This document shows, piece after piece, positions 11,857 to 20,501 of a DNA stretch of 43,125 nucleotides (position 1 is its first letter; each line of letters begins with the position of its first letter). The translations under genes were made by a program, and so were the position numbers. The stretch lies in assembly GCA_943704425.1 (NCBI GenBank), contig CALSCP010000491.1, positions 1-43,125 on the forward strand. The letters are read 5' to 3'. This stretch comes from Ministeria vibrans ATCC 50519. Lineage: Eukaryota > Protista > Filasterea. Under the pieces are notes generated by a model that ran no database searches, was not told where the DNA came from, and saw nothing but the letters and a program-made list of their open reading frames with translations.

Positions 11857-11942
11857 CTTGATATAATTATGTTGATATTTTTTTGTTTTGGTTTTGAGTT
11901 TGGTGGTTTTCTTTGCTTTGGTTATTTGGGTGTTCTTTATTT

Positions 11943-12014
11943 GGGACCATGGTGTATGGGTTATCATACATGGTTCTGACCCATGTGAACGCGGTTCGAG
12001 TCCGCGTGGTCCCT
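11943..12014 (+). tRNA. tRNA-Gln(CTG)
   Basis: Acceptor stem GGGACCA/TGGTCCC, anticodon arm CATGG-TT-CTG-AC-CCATG, T arm CGCGG-TTCGAGT-CCGCG, discriminator T. Confidence 0.95.
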
Positions 12015-12105
12015 CTTCATATAATTATGTTGAGTCTATTGTTTTTGATGTTTTTTTATTTTGTGTTCTTTGTTTCGCTGTTTTGTTTGTGATATCTTTG
12101 TGATT

Positions 12106-12177
12106 GGGACCATGGTGTATGGGTTATCATACATGGTTCTGACCCATGTGAACGCGGTTCGAGTCCGCGTGGTCCCT
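12106..12177 (+). tRNA. tRNA-Gln(CTG)
   Basis: Identical to the copy at 11943. Confidence 0.95.
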
Positions 12178-12266
12178 CTTCATATAATTATGTTGAGTCT
12201 ATTTTTTGATGTTTGTTTATTTTGTGTTCTTTGTTTCGCTGTTTTGTTTGTGATATCTTTGTGATT

Positions 12267-12338
12267 GGGACCATGGTGTATGGGTTATCATACATGGTTT
12301 TGACCCATGTGAACGCGGTTCGAGTCCGCGTGGTCCCT
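12267..12338 (+). tRNA. tRNA-Gln(TTG)
   Basis: Same body, anticodon arm CATGG-TT-TTG-AC-CCATG. Confidence 0.95.
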
Positions 12339-12429
12339 CTTTATATAATTATGTTGATTCTATTGTTTTTGATGTTTGTTTATTTTGTGTTCTTTGTTTC
12401 GCTGTTTTGTTTGTGATATCTTTGTGATT

Positions 12430-12501
12430 GGGACCATGGTGTATGGGTTATCATACATGGTTTTGACCCATGTGAACGCGGTTCGAGTCCGCGTGGTCCC
12501 T
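12430..12501 (+). tRNA. tRNA-Gln(TTG)
   Basis: Same body with TTG anticodon, followed directly by a T-run (Pol III terminator). Confidence 0.95.
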
Positions 12502-12552
12502 TTTTTCATGTCATATTATTCAGTTTCATTTCAACACTCAAAAGTATTCCCT

Positions 12553-14818
12553 TCACTTTCGTTTACGCTCTCTGGCACTCTCCTTCCCACTCTTTTTGCG
12601 TCCCTTTGGCGCACACCCAAACTCATCAGGCTCTCCCTCCTCCCCGGCACCACTCGCCAGTCCCCCCTCTTCATTGCCAGCCGTGTCAGTGCGGTTGAGT
12701 GGTGCTTCAATAGCACACGACTAAAACAAAAATATAATACACATATGAGTCAATGTTCAGAGACACAATCAAAACGATTAAAAAAGCGCAGAGCGTCAAA
12801 CACACAATATGCACTTACAACAGGAAACCAACCCCTTCGCTTTCCCTTCTTCTTCTTCTTCTTTTCCTTCTTGTCCTCCGAGCTTCCTTCTCCCTTCGTT
12901 TCTGCTCTCTCACTCGTTTCTTGCTTGGACGTTTCATATTCACCATAAGCCCATTCTTTGTACACCCGAGTCACAAGCACAATGTCCCCTAATGCGTGTC
13001 AAAGCATATCACACAAAATCAGAGATGTATGAGATATCATAAACAAGGAGCAAGAAGAGGAAAACAATGAGTGGCATTGCGATTGAGAGAGAGTGTGATA
13101 TTGTGTGAGAGTAATATGAGAGATAACAATAAAGAAAATCATTGTTATTATGGATTAAAAATGGCGAGATATTATCTCTACTCATCGTTCTATTACCTTC
13201 TTTGAGAGCCAATCGTCGCTCGTCAAACGTACAGCAATTTTGAAAACACATTTTCATTCCCAACGAAAAATTAATCCATTTCCCACTATACAAATAAAAC
13301 ACAATAATATTTAATATCCGTAATATGAAAACCCAGTTAACTTCTGCGTTGTTTTGACCTATATTCCTTGATTGCTTTGACTCGAGTCGCATTGGAGCGT
13401 TTAAACTCTTTTTGTTTCAGTTGTTCTTCCGTAAAGGTGTACTAAAACACAAACGCCAGTCAATATTGTCGGAAAGTCGTCACAATGATAGAGAAAAAAG
13501 GTCACGCAAAAGTCGTTGGGGAACATGAATATAATTATATGTTTGTCATTCGTTAAAACATCATAAATATGTTCAATATGATTCATAATTATTTCAAAAG
13601 ACAAAAATGCAACTCTTGATATCTGACCTGATCACAACCTGAAATTACTGGAAATTCAAGACCCTTTCCACCCTGGGTGTATCCTACACCCCACAAAAAA
13701 TATCAAAAACATACATCTTTTGAGTAATCGCGATTGGGGGTCTGACCTATGGGACACCACCACAGATAAAACGGTCCCATAACTTCATTGAAATTGCGCT
13801 TCCACCCCAAATCGTATGGGAAGTGAAATTCCTACAATACAAATGGTATGCATAAGCAATTCAATCACACTTGACACACTCCTTGAATCGTTTTTGGTAC
13901 CTTGGCCGGTTGTCTCATTTCGGCCTTTTCGCAAATCCAATCTTCAATGTCACTTTTGTTACTGAAAATGGACGAGAGTTGTGCCCACAGCAGAAAGCCC
14001 ACTGAGAGAATGACCGCGCAGCTCATTGCCAGGGCAAAAATATGAGGAATCACCCAAACCTCCGGTCGAACATACTGAAAACAACAACGATGAGTATGAT
14101 TATCTCCTTAGGACTGTGTCGCGCAGTCAACACACTTACCATTGTGAAGTCACGAAGAACAAAGAGTTTGAGGGTAATGAGACGATAGAGGTAGTAGAAG
14201 AGAATGGCAAGTGTGTGGATGCCGGAGAGGGGTGCGTAGAAGAGAAAGAGCACAAAAGCCTTGTGGTTGGCATAGCCAACGCAATTGTTGATCCACGGAC
14301 TGCAATGGAAATAAAGACGTTTACGACGGATCACACGCTGAAGACGACGACGTACCAGTGGTGATCCATCTTGATGACACACTTGTTGCAGGTGGAGCAG
14401 TGATGGGCGCTGAAACAGGAGCAGAAGACGACAAGTCAGAAGAGGGAACCATTCGATGGGTTGGGGTGCCTTACCGTGGCGACTTGAAGGTCTCACACTC
14501 CTTGCAGAACTGGACACGAGAATGGTCCTTCTTGTCGCGCGGCGTCCATCCCGCCGGAGTGTAGCCTGGGCCGCGTTTCATGGCGAGAAAGAAGCACCAA
14601 AGCATCATGAAGACACTTGCAACGTACACGCAGAAGTTGACCAGTCTACACACGACAGAACGATGAGAAACAACAGGCAGGTCAATGGAGGGCACGCATT
14701 ACGTGAAGGTCGAGCGCCAGGGAGGTGCAGCGGCAATGAGAGCGTGCAGGGCGGCAAGGAAGCACAGGATGATGATGCACAGGGCGAAAAGGGGGCCCCA
14801 GTGACACAGTCTCCACAT
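12553..14818 (-). CDS. ZDHHC6: DHHC palmitoyltransferase, ZDHHC6-type with C-terminal SH3-like domain, multi-exon
   Basis: MWRLCHWGPLFAL, GPGYTPAGWTP, QFCKECETFKSPR|AHHCSTCNKCVIKMDHHC|PWINNCVGYANH, NKSDIEDWICEKA, FPYDLG, TRVYKEWAYGE...RGWFPV|SC. These match human ZDHHC6 (RLCHWGP, NKTSIESWIEEKA, WLYGD, RGWFP). Confidence 0.9.
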
Positions 14819-14957
14819 TGCGGCTGGGGGATGGAAATGGAGGGTGGATGTGGAGCGTGTTACTCGAGGTTTCAAAAGAAGTTTGTATTCGGTATTGTTT
14901 TCACTTTGAATAATTGAGATGAGTAATTAGTTTTTTTTCAATAATATACAAATAAAT

Positions 14958-16529
14958 TCAGTCTTCCTTCTCCGAGTTGCTAGTGGGCGTCTCCGTCTCT
15001 TGCGCAGTCGTCTCAGTCATCTCATTCGCTTCTGGTGTAGTCTTATCGGTCTCCACAGTCTCTTCCACCGTCTCCGTCTCTTCCACCGTCTCCGTCGGTT
15101 TCTCCGTCTCCGTCTCTTCCGCTGTCTCAGTCTCTTCCGCTGCCTCAGTCTCTTCCGCTGTCTCAGTCTCTTCCGCTGTCTCAGTCTCTTCCACCGTCTC
15201 AGTCTCCTCCGCCGTCTCAGTTTCTTCCGCCGTCTCGGTCTCTTCCACCGTCTCAGTCTCTTCCGCTGTCTCAGTCTCTTCCGCGGTCTCAGTCTCTTCC
15301 GCGGTCTCAGTCTCTTCCGCGGTCTCAGTCTCTTCCGCGGTCTCAGTCTCCTCCGCGGTCTCAGTCTCTTCCGCCGTCTCGGTCTCTTCCACCGTCTCAG
15401 TCTCCTCCGCCGTCTCAGTTTCTTCTGTCGTCTGAGTTTGTTCGGTCTGCTCTGTCGTCTCAGTCGCTTTGGTTTCGCCAGTCTCAGTCTGTTGCGGTTC
15501 TTCCGTCTCAGGCTGCTCTGGTTCCGTCTCGACCGTCTCCTCAGTTTCTTCACCCTCGTCAGTTTCTGCTGTCGTCCCAATTGTCTCGGCCTCTTCGGTC
15601 TCCGCTTGAGTCTCTTCTAGCCCCGTCTCTTCTGCCTTCTCACTTTGTTCCGTCTCCTCTGTCCGTTCCGTCGCCACATTTGTCTCTTCTGATTTGGTCT
15701 CTTCAGCCTTTTTTGTTTCGCCTGCCGTTTCAGTCTCATGCGTCCCCTCAATCGACTCAGCCTCCTGCGTTGGAGTCTGTTCTGATGCCGTCTCTTCTGT
15801 CTCCTCTGCCTTCTCGGTCTCTTCTGCCTCTTCCACCACCTCTACCCCTTGCTCTTCCTCGACCACTGCCACCTCAGCATCATCCTCCCCCTCACCCACA
15901 GCGCCACCACCCTCTTCGCTCTCCTCCTCCACCGTCTCCACCAGTCGCCTCTGTCCGCCACCTTCGGGTCGCCAGGCGCCCGTCGACAGCTGCCGTCGCG
16001 CTCGCTTGCTCTTCTCAATCACTCGGTTCCGCTGCATCAGTCGTGCTTGAGCGGCGCGTCGCTTTGAATGCGCATCACTCTAAAGACGCAGAAACAACGA
16101 AAACAACGAAGACAGCAGTATTAGTGATAATAAGCTCAACGTCTCAAACCGCATCTCTCGCGTGATCCCTTACCGCCTGCTGCATCAAATCATCTTCTGC
16201 CTCGACAAGGACACGCTGCTGCAGCTGCACGGTTCACGATGGACAAGCGTAAACGGCACAAAGAAGAGTTGTGTTGCAAAAATGTAATACCTCATCAATT
16301 TCACCGTCGCGCGCCTTTATTCTGTCGCTGTCGACCGACACAGTCAGCTCAACTGTGCACCCCGCAACGATGTTCGGCGGCAAATGGGTCCTATTCAGCG
16401 CACGTCAGCTAATCGACACGAAAACGATCTGTCGTACATTGGATACTCCAAAAGAAGATTCTCTTCAGAGAGCAGCGTCGCCGCCGCACTCGTGACGGAA
16501 CTCACTGTGAACACTGCACTGTACGACAT
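14958..16529 (-). CDS. Chs5 N-terminal-domain-like protein with long acidic E/T-rich tail (about 454 aa, 4 exons)
   Basis: Exons 16529-16438, 16390-16291, 16224-16174 and 16079-14958 splice in frame. They give MSYSAVFTVSSVTSAAATLLSEENLLLEYPMTHLPPNIVAGCTVELTVSVDSDRIKARDGEIDELQQRVL, similar to yeast Chs5 N-term ([45 protein letters not shown]...IQAKIL). Confidence 0.7.
15055..15430 (-). repeat. Coding 18-bp tandem repeat (T[A/V]EETE)n
   Basis: About 20 copies of gtctcagtctcttccgc[g/t/c] on the + strand. Confidence 0.95.
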
Positions 16530-16606
16530 GGTAGACGAAGTCATTCAATCAACCTGTGATGAATATTTTTGAATTGTGATCAGACAGACTGATCACTAAT
16601 TTCACA

Positions 16607-17495
16607 ATGGCCGGCTTCCTTGACAGTTGCAAGGTCAAGTTCCAGGACGTGGCCCTCGTGGCCGACGATGGTGTACCGACTGCTCCCTTCCTTGACGCCT
16701 GTCAGGAAATCATTGCACTTCTCGGTATGTAAAGGGCGAAAAAAGAAAATGAGAATTTTGACGTGTCACTCTCTCTCTCTCTCTCTCTCGTTAAGACATT
16801 CTTGGCTCAACTGCATTTGCCCCTGTAAAGAGCGACATTGGCGGCAACATCAAGGTGAGGGTGGGGCTGACATGGCGTGCGTGGCTTCTGACGCGAGCGA
16901 TTCCTGTCGACACATTTCCTCTCTCTCCTCTCTCTCAGCGATTGCGCACTCGTTTGGCGGAAAAGCCGCAGCTGACGACGCTCCAGGCGCTCGTGGACGC
17001 CGAAATTGCCGAGGGGCAGCACAAACACAGTAAGTCGTGTGCTTTAGGACTGCTCTGGCTCAAGAGGTACGGCAGGAAGACGAATGAGTCGCAATACGGC
17101 TCTGAAAAAAAGCTGTCTCGTTATGATTTAGAGCCATCGAGTTTATTGAGGCATTCCTTTGCGAAGTACAGTCGAGCACGGGTGAGAACATGACCGCCTG
17201 TGCCACCGCTGCCTATGGAAAGACTCTCAAACAGTTCCACAACTTTATGGTGCGCGGAATCTTCTCGGTACGACTCAACCAATGCACACAAGGTGATTGT
17301 TGTCCGTGCTGACTCATGCATCTATGAAAGATGGCCGCTCGTGCCGTTCCCTACCGCAAAGATTTCATCCAGCACGTGGGCGGGCCATCGCGCACGCCCG
17401 CCGAGGTGGGAGTCGCCGTGCAGGCGTACACAGACGGCATGCGCGTGCACTTGGCCGTGCTCGACGCCTACTGCAAAGCCAAGGATATCAAGTAA
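16607..17495 (+). CDS. GLTP: Glycolipid transfer protein (GLTP/HET-C2 family), 5 exons
   Basis: VPTAPFLDAC...|DILGSTAFAPVKSDIGGNIK|...TLQALVDAE...ALGLLWLKR|AIEFI...AYGKTLKQFHNFMVRGIFS|MAARAVPYRKDF. The GLTP sugar-recognition motifs DxxGN, LLWLKR and H are present. Confidence 0.95.
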
Positions 17496-17613
17496 CGCAA
17501 CACAATGAAAGTCAAAACACACAAACAGGAAGTGGCAGTTAGGGTTACAAACGGTGTTGTTTACATTGGTGTATCGGAGTGTGTGTGTTTGTGTGTGTGT
17601 TTGTGCGGGTGCG

Positions 17614-18541
17614 TCACATTTCCATTGGAGTGCTGAGTGTGTTGCGCTGCTTTGCTAGTTCAAGAATGCGACCGCTTTCCAGCCACTCGAGGGTCGATCG
17701 TTCGTCTTCCCCTGCTGCGTTTGTGCTTGGTGTGATGATGCTCAGGCTCAGTGTGCTCTGGTCAAAGTCGGACAGTTGGCTCTGTGATTGCAGTCGTATT
17801 CTTGTTGAGCGTCGCACTGAGTTGGAGATAGAGAGGGGGGGAATGAGAGAGTGAGAGAGAGAGAAAGTGATAGAAAGAGAGAGAGATACAAAGTAAAAAA
17901 GAGAGAGAGAAACAAAGTGATAGAGAGAGAAAAACAAAGTGATAGAGAGAGAGAAACAAAGTAATAAAGAAAGGCAAATAAGTTGTGCGGTCCGTTGAGT
18001 AAAAGGCTCATAATAAAAATCTTATTGAATGAGTGACGACGAAAAATCAATCACTTGTTGCGTAAAAACACACCAAACAAACACGTTTTTCTACTAATAA
18101 TCTTATTAGGTATCATTCGCAATTGAGTTCCCCAACAAAAACAACCACCGTCACAGTTCACACACAACCCACTCGTGTAGTCAACTGAGAGACAAAACAT
18201 AAATCGTCCAAAAAATAAAACCACAATAAACAATGTTTTTGCGGTCACAAAATCCACACAGTGACACATTTCTTACACAGGGAATCTTCTGACATGGACA
18301 TGGTGCTCGCGACGCTGCTTGTCGACTCCGACCGCGTGCGGCCAAGCGAATCTACGCGGATCAGCGTCAGCAGTGGGGCGAGAAAAACTCCGTTGAGACA
18401 CCTCACCAGTGCGTTTGCGCCGCTTGGCGTTGTTCACCGTCGGCTCGCCGTTCTGGCTGTTGCAATCGAATGCATCGTCGTCAGGGCCTTCCAGGAGCCG
18501 TTTGGAGTTCGACCGCGTTCGACCGTGCAATCCACGACGGT
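17614..18541 (-). CDS. Hypothetical protein, 3' exons only (5' part probably in the N gap)
   Basis: There is a polypyrimidine/AG acceptor at 18542. GC-rich exons give ...NNAKRRKRTG..., ...RTRSESTSSVASTMSMSEDSL|LRRSTRIRLQ...PMEM*. No family recognised. Confidence 0.45.
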
Positions 18542-18569
18542 CTAAAAAAAAAAAAAAAAAAAACGGGGG

Positions 18570-18949
18570 NNNNNNNNNNNNNNNNNNNNNNNNNNNNNNN
18601 NNNNNNNNNNNNNNNNNNNNNNNNNNNNNNNNNNNNNNNNNNNNNNNNNNNNNNNNNNNNNNNNNNNNNNNNNNNNNNNNNNNNNNNNNNNNNNNNNNNN
18701 NNNNNNNNNNNNNNNNNNNNNNNNNNNNNNNNNNNNNNNNNNNNNNNNNNNNNNNNNNNNNNNNNNNNNNNNNNNNNNNNNNNNNNNNNNNNNNNNNNNN
18801 NNNNNNNNNNNNNNNNNNNNNNNNNNNNNNNNNNNNNNNNNNNNNNNNNNNNNNNNNNNNNNNNNNNNNNNNNNNNNNNNNNNNNNNNNNNNNNNNNNNN
18901 NNNNNNNNNNNNNNNNNNNNNNNNNNNNNNNNNNNNNNNNNNNNNNNNN
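18570..18949. other. Assembly gap (N run)
   Basis: Run of N. Confidence 1.
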
Positions 18950-18996
18950 ATAATTCTTATTTTAGTTATTAATTGTTTTTTGTCTGTTTGTTTACG

Positions 18997-20339
18997 ATGC
19001 TGTACCTGGCGCTGGTGATGTCACTCATGATGACAGTGTGCACCTGCCAGACGGCGGATGTGTTCAATGAGCAAGGGAACATCATTTTGGCGCCTGCTGT
19101 GGGCGGCAGCGTCTTGGTGCGCTCGGACGGCGGCCCTGACGTCGCCATTGCCTCCTCGACAGCGCCAACGTCCTCCTCTACCGCCTCCATGTGCATGGGC
19201 TCCACTTTGCTGCGGCAGGTCCATCAATTCAACGCGACGCTGGCGACCGTTGACGGGTGCACACTCGCAACGGCACTGCCCTTCTCGTGACCGGACCCAC
19301 TCCTTCGGCGTCCGCGTCCGAGCCCATGCTGGTACGAGTTTATCAGGCGTCCATCCACAAGGCGGGCACCAAGCCGGTGTTTCGACTCGTCCAGGAAATT
19401 CCCTCGCAAGATGTGCGTTCTGTCCGATGCTACACTGACGACGCTGTGACGTACCTGGTTGTGGCCAACTTTGTCAATCCCGCTGGCTCCAATTACTCCC
19501 AGTGGTCGGTTGTCTACCGCCTGAGCGACCTGTTTCTTCCTATCCAGTTCATTCCGACCGTTGGCGCATTCCATGCGGAGGTGTTCGCCGTCGACGCCTC
19601 TCGCTTTCTCGCCATCTCCCAGTACTACGACCTGGAAACGGCTCGAGCTGGCACCAGCGGCTTTGGTCTTGCCTCCCGAGTATTCAAGTGGAACATCGTT
19701 CTGTCTGAATTTGAAGAGACTGCCTCTGTAGCGACACTCGGCGCCAGCATGTTCAAACACTTTCGCTTCCACAACAGTGAATTTCTCTTCTTGACGGAGC
19801 GAGGTGCTGCCGCACACATCGAGGCAAACTCAACGCTGTACGTCTTCAATGGGTCCACGAGTGCCCTCACTCCCGTCGAGAGAGTGCCCACTCGCACGGC
19901 TCTTGGCTCGGACTTCTTCGAGGCGGACGACACGGGCTACCTTGTTGTGGCAAACTACCGTCTCGAGACGGATCTCAACCAATTTCTGTCCGTGTACACT
20001 CTGAATACGGATCCTGCTCCGCAACTCACGCTGCACCAGACCGTTCCGTGCGTCGGCTGTCTGTATCCCGAAGTGTTTCAGGCTAACGAGCGTACATTTC
20101 TCGCCGTCGCCGGACGCTACACTGGCTCTACCTTTGCCAATGTGTCTCCCTTGTATGTCTTCAACGCACAAACTCGATTGTTTGAGCATCTTGAAAATAT
20201 GCAGACAGACGGCATCTGGTCTTTAAAGCACTTTGCACTTGGTTCCCTTCCCTTCCACTTTTGTGTTGCCGCCGAGGGTCACCTCACTGGTCTCTCCTCC
20301 GTCTACTATGTAAATCATTTTTATGTTCAAGACGATTAA
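18997..20339 (+). CDS. Secreted EAR/EPTP-repeat beta-propeller protein (TSPEAR/LGI-like), with a frame break near 19250-19290
   Basis: Signal peptide MLYLALVMSLMMTVCTC. Repeats include FRLVQEIPSQDV...YLVVANF, SVVYRL..LFLPIQFIPTVGAFHAEVF...FLAISQ, SRVFKWN...FEETASVATLGA and SPLYVFNAQTRLFEHLENM. The N-terminal ORF and the repeat ORF are in different frames. Confidence 0.75.
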
Positions 20340-20501
20340 AGAAAATAAAATGACTCAACGGAATATATGAATATTGAATGGTGAAATGCTCAACAAGTGT
20401 ATTGAGATTTGAGACAAAATACATTGAGTGTATAATACTTTCTTTTGATCTTTGATCTTTCAGCTTTTTTAAAACATCTGTGATTCACTGTGAATGAATC
20501 G

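Noticed and set aside
11943-12501. CRISPR-like regular repeats
   Set aside because: The repeats are tRNA-Gln genes, the spacers are near-identical rather than unique, the context is eukaryotic and there are no cas genes.
11888-12948. Hydrophobic ORFs over the tRNA array
   Set aside because: These are translations of T-rich spacers and tRNA genes, and are antisense to ZDHHC6 at the 3' end.
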